A stretch of DNA of 63,994 nucleotides, counting the filler, from Octopus bimaculoides (lineage: Eukaryota): the NCBI RefSeq assembly GCF_001194135.2. It is 7 parts of 6 records of this genome, joined end to end, with 100 filler letters (N's around TTAATTAATTAA, not from the genome) between each part and the next. Parts side by side here need not be neighbours in the genome. Positions count along the whole stretch, not along the records: positions 1 to 18,163 come from NC_068982.1; positions 18,264 to 45,806 come from NC_068997.1; 5 more parts are not named here. One strand, written 5' to 3'. Under the pieces are notes generated by a model, which worked only from the letters and a program-made list of their open reading frames with translations, had not been told where the DNA came from and did not search any database. The first letter of the stretch is position 1; each line of letters starts with the position of its first letter. Below, piece by piece: positions 13,506-25,234 of the stretch. The position numbers were made by a program, and so were the translations under genes.

Positions 13506-13578
13506 GTGTCAGGATTTGAATGCATTTGGTCGATCGTGCCTTCATATCATGACATCTGAGGAAAAAAATGTACCATAA
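13506..13578 (+). CDS. Candidate terminal exon of an unidentified gene
   Basis: Strong acceptor gtcctttcttttcctcAG|g. The longest frame is CQDLNAFGRSCLHIMTSEEKNVP*, followed by AT-rich sequence and AATAAA at 13660-13665. No homolog recognised. Confidence 0.3.
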
Positions 13579-14180
13579 ATTTATCATTACATATTTCAGC
13601 ATATTATGGCATGTATTGAATAATATTTTATTAATTGCATAATATTGTATGAGATATGGAATAAAGGATATGGTCCGTTTACAGAAACAATTGTAATATC
13701 AATCTGACTTTTCTTCCACAATTTAATTTTTACTTTTATTTATTCTGCGTGGCTTACGTTAAGCTTGCTGGACCTTCCCTTGGAGTCGTGTATTTCTCCC
13801 AGTAATATCAATCGAATCTTACGGATTTCCTTCGGATTTTGGAATACTACGCTAGCCAAGATCCTGCATGATGCGCTAATGAGGTGATAGCCAGAATTAT
13901 AATTAGATGATTATAATATACATGTGTATGTATGTATATATACATATAAATGGTACAACACATATGCTCAGAGACTGCTGATTGATTAGAGATACAAACC
14001 TGCCCAACCACGGGTCTTAGTGGCACGAAACTATTAGTAGCTCTTACTTTAATACAGTGCTCATTAAGTGATATTTATCTCTCAGTGAATGTACGGTTTT
14101 AAACGTAACGGTAAACTATATATATATTTCATACATATCTGCGTTTGCATGCATGCTCATGTGTGTGTGTGAGTGTATGT

Positions 14181-14219
<39 letters not shown>

Positions 14220-14690
14220 CGCGCGTGTGTGTGTGTATCAGATGTACAAATATAGTAGTGGAAGGAAGAAATCTTATATTCAGGAAAATGAGTAATGAGG
14301 TCACTTATATTGCCAATAGACCGTCTAAAATTCAATAGCGAGGCTAAATAAACAAACACGCTGCTTCGCATGCAGCTACGCGATTATTGTCGATAAGGAA
14401 GCCGCAATTCAGAAATTGATTCATCAGTTAGTATCTTGTACAAGGAGAACAAAAGCGAGCATCTTTATAACACAACAGGTGTAAATGAAACCATACTGAT
14501 TCGAGGTTAACTCGATAAGGGAAACACGCCAGAGAATGCGGTAGGTCTAAATATGTCACGCAGGTGAGGCATGAAACGCACTAAGAGATAGTAAACGAAC
14601 TCATCATAGCAATCAGTTTCACATTGCACCACAATCGGGAGTGGTAAGGTGAAAAAAAAGTGTTTTATCTTTTTGTTAAACAATTGACGT

Positions 14691-14790
14691 TTCTTCTTCT
14701 TCTTCTTCTTCTTCTTCTTCTTCTTCTTCTTCTTCTTCTTCTTCTTCTTCTTCTTCTTCTTCTTCTTCTTCTTCTTCTTCTTCTTTTTCT
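14691..14790. repeat. (CTT)n microsatellite
   Basis: Near-pure run. Confidence 0.95.
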
Positions 14791-16518
14791 TCTTTTTCCT
14801 CCTCTTGAATTTTATTGCTATATTTTATTGTTATCCGTGGCTTTTTTTCGTAACTTGTTCTGAAACACCGTTTCTTGACGCAAGAAGGTGGCAGTTCAAA
14901 GCCGGATGCACACAATAACTCTCAGGAACATACATGCATACAATCAGTCCGTTGTAGCGACATATAAAGAAGAGCATAAATATAAATATAAACTGCACAC
15001 TTATAGACAGGGCCAGTCTATACTAGAACATTTTCTAAATGTGCCGACTCTGGAGTGCAGAAAATATAAATTAATTACACGCTTGCTCAATTAGAGAAAT
15101 GAGGTGATGTTATTATGCAGACACTAGAATAAATTCAGTTTTAAAAACTAGTCCATACTGAACACAGGAGAAATAACTGTTGGTGCAACAGCAATAGAAA
15201 TACAGATGAAGTTAAAATAATTCCCCACTCCACCAAGAAGATAATCCATAAGAATAAATCAACAGAAAATCCATAATCCATCAAAATAATCCATAAAATA
15301 ATCCATAAAAATAAATCAACAGAAAATAATGAATGCCTATTTACAGACGCCAGATAAGATATTTAATGCTTTATCTAATAAAATAAAAACTTATTTAGCA
15401 ATTTCAAAAAGAAATTACGATAATAATGACACCTGTAACATATAAATAAATTACAGATAGATATAGAAAAGTCTTATAACCGTCGGTCAGGGTTGATTAT
15501 ATGTGTCTCAATGCATTCTCAGGCTCGACAAGGATTTGTCGGAGATTTGAATGTCACTCATATACGAAAGATTCCTCTACTCACATCATTGATGTTTTTC
15601 AAAAAAGGGGTCGCGATATAAGAGAAATACAGCTTTGTGCAAGTGACGTCACGAGCATTACTGTGAGAACGTAAAGAGTCAGTGGACATACTGCAAAGCG
15701 TGCCATCGGATACTATAATAATTTCACCAATCAACTGCCCTTGAATTTTTTTTTTCTGCCTCCCAGAAAATGCAAACTAATTAAGCTTGGGTGAGATCTG
15801 AACTAAGAATCCAGTAACGCAAAGCAGAAATTGTACAGTACTCTACACAACGCTCTAATATATCTATCAATTTGCTTAATGAATAGTATAGAAACAAATA
15901 GACAATAACAAGAAGGAAACAATATAGGAAAATCTTGATGAGATTGCACAATAGACAGAGACAGAAGGCTTATTGAATTGGTCAATAAGAAATAGTACAC
16001 AGAAAAAATTACTAGAGAATAACCTGAAAAATGGTAATCAAATATAAGTTAATCATTCTGAAAAAGACAACCAAAATCAAATTCGATATCAGAAAAAATA
16101 CAGCAGATCATATTAATACATACATATATACATGCATACATACATACATATATATATCTTGAGCGATCGCAGATACACGATCACAATATACGGAGTAGAC
16201 AAAGCTTCGAAAAAAAATATATAAATAGAACGATTGTTGAATTAGCCAAAGAGAAATAGAAAATGCACAGTTTCAGAAAATAGGATAACATAATCTGAAA
16301 AAAAACAGAAGAAAAATAACAGGGAAACTAACTAATGAAAATCTGAACAACATCTATTTTAATGTTAGCAGATGTACCGTTCTAGTCAAACTCCTCGACC
16401 AAAATTGTTCTTGGCTAAGGATCGCGTTGACACCCGTCACAACGCTCGAAATGCACCACACTCTTCGCACTAGATAATGAACCACCGCTTAGCGACGGCC
16501 TGATCTTATCTCCATCAT

Positions 16519-16519
<1 letters not shown>

Positions 16520-16604
<85 letters not shown>
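16520..16604. repeat. (TAA)n microsatellite; others at 5361-5461 (TTA) and 17943-18040
   Basis: Pure runs. Confidence 0.95.
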
Positions 16605-16607
<3 letters not shown>

Positions 16608-17339
16608 GAATCATATCAAGAACAACTATCTATAAAATATATAGAAAGACAAATGAAACGGAAAGCATATGATGACGCAATCAACAAGTGGACAAAGGAA
16701 AGTAGTACAACCACCGGATATGTATGAAGAATATTTAGCAAACCAAGATTTGAAATTTCAATTAATGAAATACAGATCAACTATTTTAGTAAAACTGGAT
16801 ATAAATAATAATAATAATTGAGCAATGTATGAACAATGAACGATTTATAGCTTATCAACACCAGAAATAACAATGAAAATGAGCAAATGAAACTATTCCA
16901 AATAAAATGACAACATTCACATACAACTGAAATAAGAATTTAGCCAATGAAAATGATACTTCTGTAAAAAAAAAAAAAGAAGGACATTACTCTAATTTAT
17001 ATGTAATCAGATCAAATGCCAAAAGAAAACAGTACCTTCTTGAAGATCGTAATCATTAAAATCCAGTTACTAGAAAATGAACGGAGTTTAAATAGATATT
17101 ATTTTCTACAAGAGGAAATGACCAATGTCTTCCTGCTTCATTGAAAAATTGTGATATTTTAATATACACACGTACATAGATACATACGTGTATATGTAAA
17201 ACCGGTGTTGAACGAGCTTTTTCCTTTTGCTCGACGTATGGTTTCTGTCCACGCTGAGCTCACCTTCGGACATCTATTTTAACGTTCTAGTCAAAGAAAC
17301 ATAACAAGTAACTGCAGAATATGTGGAGGTAGACAAAAA

Positions 17340-18163
<824 letters not shown>

Positions 18164-18263
18164 NNNNNNNNNNNNNNNNNNNNNNNNNNNNNNNNNNNNN
18201 NNNNNNNTTAATTAATTAANNNNNNNNNNNNNNNNNNNNNNNNNNNNNNNNNNNNNNNNNNNN
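18164..18263. other. Artificial scaffold linker (44 N + TTAATTAATTAA + 44 N); the 12-mer also at 45851, 55803, 59252, 60872 and 62776
   Basis: The same 12-mer, a stop in all six frames, centred in six N gaps of about 100 bp total. Confidence 0.95.
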
Positions 18264-18646
18264 ATAAGGCATCAGTAGTGCTTTTACCTGGCACGAACCC
18301 AAACTGCATCTCATCTAAATTGATTCGCTCCCTAATTAGTTGGGCTATGACCCTCTCTGTAACTTTCATAACCTGATCAAACAGCTTGATGCCTCTGTAA
18401 TTATTTGTATCTAAAGCGTCACCTTTACCTTTGTAGCAGTTGACTATGATGCTGCTACACCAGTCATTGGGTATGACTCCTTCGTGTATCACCTGGTTCG
18501 TAATACGGGTGACTAGGCTATAGCCAACACTGCCAGATATTTTGAGCATCTCTGCAGTGATTCCTGATGGGCCGGGGGCTTTCCCGGTCTTCATACTCTT
18601 AATTCTCTTAATTCTTAATTGCTTTATCTCTTTCCCGGTCTTCATA
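18264..18646 (-). mobile_element. RTE-clade LINE RT fragment, 5'-truncated
   Basis: MKTGKAPGPSGITAEMLK...CYKGKGDALDTNNYRGIKL...LDEMQFGFVPGKSTTDA. Confidence 0.9.
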
Positions 18647-19042
18647 TATATATATATATAAACCAAACCTATATTTTATCACGGCAAATGAACATTTATA
18701 ATAAATAAGCTGTACCATAAGAACTTGATGTGATATTCTATATTATATTTCATGACAAACTATAAATATAACAATATAGGAACAGAAGGACTAGGATAGA
18801 GAATGTGTTCATTTGCTACACACATTAACCTTTTATTTAGTCAAAGTAAATATTATATAAAGCAATAATAAAATATTGTATTCTAAATTATCTAAAGGGT
18901 TTTCTTATAATATAGCTGTTCTACATATATATATAATATAGTTGTCCTATTCATACATATTGTATAGCTGTTCTATACAGCTTTATTTGATACATTCAGT
19001 TTTACTTATCTTATTAATATTTTTAATTTGTGTTATTGACAG

Positions 19043-19364
19043 CCTGGAATGATGGTAGGATACGTGCACATTATCCAGAGACGGGTAAGCTGATGTACCA
19101 AATTGAGAATGCTCATAACCGAGGTGTCACTTCCATAGCATTCAGTGCGGATTCTAATCGCATCATCAGTGGTGGTGGAGAAGGCCAAGTGAGGGTGTGG
19201 CGAATTGAAATAGGAAATACATACACAAAAGACATCTTTAAAACTTCACTTATTGAATCAATGAAGGAGCATAAAGGATGTGTCACCCAAATAAAACTTT
19301 TCCCCAATGGCATACAGTGTGTGTCAGTCAGTACTGATGGTACATGTATCATATGGAACCTTGA
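19043..19364 (+). CDS. CFAP52: CFAP52/WDR16 internal coding exon (third from last), WD40 repeats
   Basis: Acceptor ttgacAG|cc and donor GA|GTAAGT. Translation AWNDGRIRAHYPETGKLMYQIENAHNRGVTSIAFSADSNRIISGGGEGQVRVW...MKEHKGCVTQIK...STDGTCIIWNLE closely resembles the C-terminal half of vertebrate CFAP52 as I recall it. Phase 1 in, phase 2 out, matching the next exon. Confidence 0.95.
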
Positions 19365-19424
19365 GTAAGTAAAAATTTTACTTACAGTACTGTTTTTTGG
19401 AACTAGTATCGCTCTTTCACTCAG

Positions 19425-20030
19425 CCAATTGAGATTGTGATAATTTTCCTTCAGACTGGGGTTTTAAGAACCTCAGCAGTATTAACAATGATGCAAAGTG
19501 GGCTGAGTGGCATTTCTTCACCTGAATCAAGAGGCATCTTGCCATCAACAAGTGTCAAAATGTCCTTAGCAAATTTTGCTGACAGTTGGTCTCTGTACAG
19601 TTCAGCTTTCATGATGGTGTTGAGATTCAATGTTGCGACCAGGTGCCACAATGAAGAGGACACAAGACATGCTCGGACTTCATCTTCCCAGATTCCTTTG
19701 GGAATAATTGGAAGAGTCTACCTGAAATCTCCAGACAACAGGAGTGTAACACTTCCATTTGGATTCTGACAATCTCTGATGTCTTTCAAAGTTTTATCAA
19801 GTGCTTCAAAAGCTCCTTTGTGTGCCATGGTGCATTCATCCCACACAATGTGCTGGCACCTTCTTAACACTTGTGCCTTGTCTGAGCTCTTGCTGATGTT
19901 GCAAGTAGGTGTGTCAGTTGTTGTCAAATTCAGAGGAAGCTTAAATGTTGAGTGTGCTGTCTTGCCACAAGGCAGCAAAGTTGCAGCAATCTCAGAGGAT
20001 GCGACAGCTAACACGATGTCCTTGTGCAGC
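19425..20030 (-). mobile_element. Helitron PIF1-helicase fragment in a CFAP52 intron
   Basis: AVASSEIAATLLPCGKTAHSTFKLPL, IVWDECTMAHK and LLLSGDFR.TLPII. Confidence 0.9.
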
Positions 20031-20289
20031 AAAATTTAAGGAATACATAGAATGAACTGAGCTGACACTGTTGTTCAATGGAAAAATTGTCACCTAGTAA
20101 CGGAATAAGTTTTACATATTAAACATGAAAGACAATTAATCAATTTGAATGTAAGGGAGACAATCAATTTCTGAAAGTTACTTCACAAAGAGTTATTTCC
20201 CTTGTCCACAGGAATCATACATAACCCAGGATAGGTTGTTTACTGCTCTCAAGTGTCCCATTACTCATTATGTTAAACATTTTAAGAGC

Positions 20290-20800
20290 CTAAAACCATC
20301 TCTGGAACATAAGTAATGTACAGTTCTATATTTAAGAGATGAGGAATTATGTACATATTTGTCCTCATCTTGTTTGTTGTTAACATGTTTCGGCTGATAT
20401 ACCCAGCCTTCATCAGGTGTCTTGGGGAAATTTCGAACTTGGGTTCTCATTCCTAAGGTATTTTTTTGATGTTATTATTCTTCTTCTTATTATTATTCAG
20501 GTCACTGCCTGGAATCGAACTCAGAATCTTGGGGTTAGTAGCCCGTGCTCTTAACCACTACACCATATGCCCGTGGGCAATTATGGAGTGAATTTCAGGG
20601 CTTATAAATCCTTCCCTAATACCGGTTCCCATATGCTATTCATATCTGCACTCGGTCTGCTTAGGCGGTTGTTGTGTCCTAGCATATGTGCTGCTTCTTC
20701 TAGTTTTCGTATTTTCCAGTGGTGTTCTCTGTCTATTATTTTGACTTCATCCCACAAGGGGAGGTGGTCTCCATTTTTCCATACATGATCATGTTTCATA
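20290..20800 (-). mobile_element. Penelope-like element (family 1): GIY-YIG endonuclease C-terminus + 3' terminus, in a CFAP52 intron
   Basis: HVWKNGDHLPLWDEVKIIDREHHWKIRKLEEAAHMLGHNNRLSRPS...IWEP, followed by a tRNA-like cassette, a short TAA tract and a CTGATGA...GAAA motif. Confidence 0.8.
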
Positions 20801-21277
20801 CATGTACGGTAGTGGATGGAGAGATAATTTGTTGGCTCAGGAGGGTGAGATGAATTAAGTATCAAAGCAAAAGAAAAATAGGCAAGAGATTCAACAAATA
20901 TGGTTTGACAATTTAATACCTGGTTTTGCCTGACTTCCAGTTTCATATAAAACTGGAAGTCACATCCGATGAAATCCATGCTGTATCAAGCTAAATGAAT
21001 ATTGATACTGTACTGCATCCATGGCCAAGACAATTCTTTCTAGATCATTCCATTTAGCTACAAATTAACTGAGTTTCCATAAACTTGGAGCATTTAAAAG
21101 GAAATCACACCTGTGTATTCTTTCCAAGAGAGCCTTATATTGACAGGACCAACAGATCAGTTACCTTCAATGGTATAATGCAGTAGAAAAAGAAAAAAAC
21201 CTCAGAACAATCTTATATATCCAAGTGTAATAATCTGGCTTGAGTAAAAATTCCAAACTCATTTTAAGATGTTAGAT

Positions 21278-21493
21278 CAGTGGTTTTCAACCCAAGTTCA
21301 TATAAGATTTTGCTGTTAAAATTTATCTGTAATAAATTGGTTATACTTCTACAATACACAAAATATTTTAACAGTTCTTTTTATATAATTCCTAATATTT
21401 AATTATAAAACTTCAATATGATTTTTTTAAACATGAATAGCTAGGAGAGTCCCTCCGAATAAAATAGGAATCAAAGATGTTTGAGGAACACTG
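21278..21493. mobile_element. hAT-type MITE, 216 bp, perfect 8-bp TSD
   Basis: TGTTAGAT|CAGTGGTTTTCAAC ... GTTTGAGGAACACTG|TGTTAGAT. Confidence 0.85.
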
Positions 21494-21575
21494 TGTTAGA
21501 TTATTGTTCCAACAACTTCTTTTCTTGTTGTTCCCACTTCTTTGTTAACATTTTCAAATTATTCTTTCTTTCTAG

Positions 21576-21813
21576 AAATTACCAGCGTGATGCAGTCATT
21601 TTTGCCAATACTCTGTTCCAGTGTGCATGCATTTATCCAGACAATTGTCAGATCATTACCAGTGGAACTGACCGTAATGTTGCTTACTGGGAGGTAACCG
21701 ATGGCACCCAGATCCGTGAGTTAGAAGCTGCTAAATCAGGATCAGTTAATGCAATGGATATTTCCAAAGATGGCAAATATTTTATAACTGGTGGAGGTGA
21801 TCATCTTATTAAG
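21576..21813 (+). CDS. CFAP52: CFAP52 penultimate coding exon
   Basis: Polypyrimidine acceptor ttctttctttctAG|a and donor AAG|GTTCGT. Encodes (E)NYQRDAVIFANTLFQCACIYPDNCQIITSGTDRNVAYWEVTDGTQIRELEAAKSGSVNAMDISKDGKYFITGGGDHLIK, in frame with both neighbouring exons. Confidence 0.95.
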
Positions 21814-22607
21814 GTTCGTTTGAGACACCTTTTGTTTTCTAATTCTCTCTCTTCAGCATTTTCTGGTTTATTCAAAGACTTTCTAAGCTTTTATTCACTC
21901 TGTAACTTCTTTTACTTAGTTTAAACAATTTACCATATTAAATCAGATTAGATAGTTATGTGCATTTACACAATTGTAAGAATTATTTAACAGTTATTGC
22001 TTTTCATGGCACTAATTACTTGAACGAGATATAAGTATGGTACTTTTTAATAGTTCTGCAATTTATTGATTGTCTATAGGTCTATTTATTATCCATAATT
22101 GTTGTCGTCATTGTTTAGCCCCAGGTAAGCCCCTATTCTGGAAACCAATAATCAATGACATTTCAACCATGAACATCCTGTCCTTTTCTCAGGCATTCTG
22201 TTTAAAAACACATTATCCAGTGCATCCTTAGTTTCAAGATGGTATGGTGAAATTTGAAGATGACTTCATTGCTATTGCTAGCACATAGGGTGACCACATA
22301 GAGGTTCCAAAGTTTGTTAGCATCATTCATTGACATTATGGGTGCTGTGATTGCAGATACATTGTTTTCTTCTGCTCATCTTTTAGTCCAATGAAATTAT
22401 CCCAATCAAAGTGTCAAGCATTTTGAATTTTCTCCAAACAACCAAAACTAATTTTCTCCTTGAAATTCACGATTTGAACGAATTCATATTATTTGAAAGA
22501 GAAAAGCACAAGATTGAGAGAGTGAGAGGATGTAGCAGACAAACTAAGAGAGGGAGAACAATTTGAATTTTGGTACGTTTGAAAGTGATACCAATGTTGT
22601 TGCCATC

Positions 22608-22986
22608 TTTTATCTTTTACTTGTTTCTGTCATTAGACTGTGGTCATGCTGGAGCACTGCCTTGAAGAATTATTTAGTCGAACAAATTGCTCCTAGTACT
22701 TACTTTTTTAAGCCTGGTACCTACTTTATTAATTTCTTTTGCTAGGGGTGTAAACACACCAACACTGGTTGTCAAGCGATGGTGGGGGGGTGGGACAAAT
22801 GCAGATACAAAGACACACATATATGTACACAATGGGTTTCTTTCAGTTTCCAAATTCATGTACAAGGCTTTGGTTGGCCTGTGACAATAGTACAAGACAC
22901 TTGCCCAAAGTGTCATGCAGAGGGACTGACCCTGGATCCATGTTGTTGGGAAGCAAGCTTCTTACCACACAGCCATGCCTGCACCT
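22608..22986 (-). mobile_element. SINE family B in the last CFAP52 intron, CpG-decayed
   Basis: Colinear with the 11858 and 30301 copies, with many CG>TG/CA changes. Confidence 0.85.
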
Positions 22987-24761
22987 ATGATTAGGAAAAA
23001 AAAAAAACACAACAGGAAAACAACATCAACATCAGATAAAACAAGAACAGTAACAACAGTGACAATAATTAAGAACTGTGCCAATAGCAGCAACAATAAC
23101 AACAGCAAGAACACTGAAATTACAAAGGAATATAATGAAAATTTCCTAAGCCTGATGGTCCCAAAGAAGACAAACTGCAACAGCATCAATAATACAAATA
23201 GTACTTCTTCCACTACAATCATCACTAACACATTCCATGTGGCCACTGCATCTACCAATCGAATAAATTTATATGGAGGAGAAGCATGCTAATTTAACAG
23301 AGCTTATTGTAAGAGTGGCTAGGAAAATCATCATATACCATTGTGGGTCAATTAACAACCAATAAAAGAAATACTGGAGAGGAATATGTTATGATACTGA
23401 CTTCATTGCTGGAGTCAATTGCTATAACAATCAGAGTAAGATTCTTCTCAGAAGCACATATTCAGAGGCATCCTAGCGTCTTGTGTAGAAGTGAGGATAG
23501 TTGTCCTTATTTCAACATATATAGGCAAGCAAGTGGCAAAGGTATGAATGTTGGATGTGCTGTTCAGAACTGGACATATGATAGGTAGTGGTACGTGTTG
23601 TCCTAGAAAGAGGGTATTCATTTTTAGATATTAAAATGCATTGCCAGGAAAACTGGTTTGGAATTGGGTTTGAAGTCCTAATCCAGATTAAACTGGAAAA
23701 CCTAAATAAAATTCTGAACTTTATAAAATATGCAGAAGGTCTAGATGCTACATATGTTGTAGTACCAACAACTTGAAGGTCCTTATCCCACAAAAAAACA
23801 AAGAGGAGCCCAGCTGTAACATCAACAACAGCATTGATTAGAACATCAATAGCAACAACAGAAGCACTACTACCAACAACTACAGTGGCAGCAACAGTAC
23901 TAACAACAGGAGCAGCAGCAGTAATAATAGATGGTGGGGGGACAAATGCAGATACAAAGCCCAGGGAAATGCAATTCCACTACTACCATCATAACTAAGG
24001 CAAGGGAGATCCTCAATCATCTACAATCTATCAATAGAGAAAAACTCACACACTTACATATCTACATCTTCCTCCCAATGCAAACATGTCAGATTCAGAA
24101 ACTTCATCATGCAACAAGGGCAGGATAGAACCATTGCAGAAGAACTATCATGATGAAGAAGAAAAATAACTAAAAAAAAGGCCATTCCAAGTGAAAAGAA
24201 ATGCAAAAGGACGAGATGGAGAGGTAGAAATCTTGTCATGAAATCACCCATATACACTCACAAGTACTACTACAAAAGAAAGTGCAAAATAAAAACAAAT
24301 ACAAGAACAACAACTAAAACATACAGTAACATGAACAATCCCAATCCACCTCCTCAACTTCACTGAAGTTTGAAAGATTCACAATTTTTTTATGACAGGT
24401 CATTGAAAGCAAAAATTCTTACAAGAGAAGTTTCAATGAACTCCTGTTCAAAATCTCTCCAAGACAGACTACTAACACAAACTAACTCGAACATGTAGTC
24501 CACGGACTTTTAGAAAATAATCCAATGAAAGAACTTTAGAAAGGTCTTTCATTATTTCCCCCTTCAATCATCAAGGATTGGATCACTAGCTCTTCTGTAA
24601 AAGCAAAGTGAATGACTTCATTTTTATCTTCTGAGAGACATGGTTGTTCTTAGAATGGGTTGTACATATGTATAACTACAAGAGTCAATATAATCAACTA
24701 TATTCACATTTTCTTTCATTAGGAACCATTTATTATCATTGTTTTCATTATTGAATTTCAG

Positions 24762-24932
24762 GTGTGGCTGTATGAAGAAGGTATTGTTACACATATTGGT
24801 GTTGGCCATGGAGGTAGTATCAAGAGAGTGAAGATAAGTCCTGATCAAACATATATGATAAGTGTTGGAGAAGAAGGTGCAATTCTTCGCTGGCTTTCCC
24901 CTTTCCTTACTGAATCATCAAAAAGTACTTAA
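24762..24932 (+). CDS. CFAP52: CFAP52 terminal coding exon
   Basis: Not in the ORF track. Acceptor tttcAG|GTG; VWLYEEGIVTHIGVGHGGSIKRVKISPDQTYMISVGEEGAILRWLSPFLTESSKST* matches the last WD40 repeat of CFAP52. Phase 0, consistent with the previous exon. Confidence 0.95.
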   Translation: MWLYEEGIVTHIGVGHGGSIKRVKISPDQTYMISVGEEGAILRWLSPFLTESSKST

Positions 24933-25024
24933 GATGATATAAAACTAGATGAAATATTATTGAGATTGATACTGCTGTTGTTAAAAATTAATCAATGCAA
25001 AGTATTTGTGCAAGTTGTTAGTTC

Positions 25025-25030
25025 AATAAA
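25025..25030 (+). terminator. Putative CFAP52 polyadenylation signal (AATAAA)
   Basis: First AATAAA after the stop, 93 nt downstream. Confidence 0.55.
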
Positions 25031-25234
25031 GATGTGAACCTTTTCATTATGCTTGTTATCCTTTACCTTAGCTCACTATATCATGGACAATATACTAATG
25101 TAGTACCTCATATGTTTGAAGGTAGATGTTAAGCTTGAAGTCAGCTCTTACTGAACAAACCTGGGTGGTCCAGTAATGACAATCCCAACTTTCATTTTTC
25201 TAGACATACTGTACCAAAACTACATTATCAAAAA

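Noticed and set aside
18208-18219. Recurring TTAATTAATTAA as a biological repeat or CRISPR-like unit
   Set aside because: It is always centred in N runs of fixed size, so it is a synthetic linker.
20500-20572. Functional tRNA gene
   Set aside because: The acceptor stem does not pair and the T and anticodon stems are imperfect; it is embedded in a repeat. Kept only as a tRNA-like cassette.
22975-24330. Asn/Thr-rich ORFs in the last CFAP52 intron
   Set aside because: Degenerate (AAC)n/(AGC)n low-complexity sequence with decayed repeat between the tracts.
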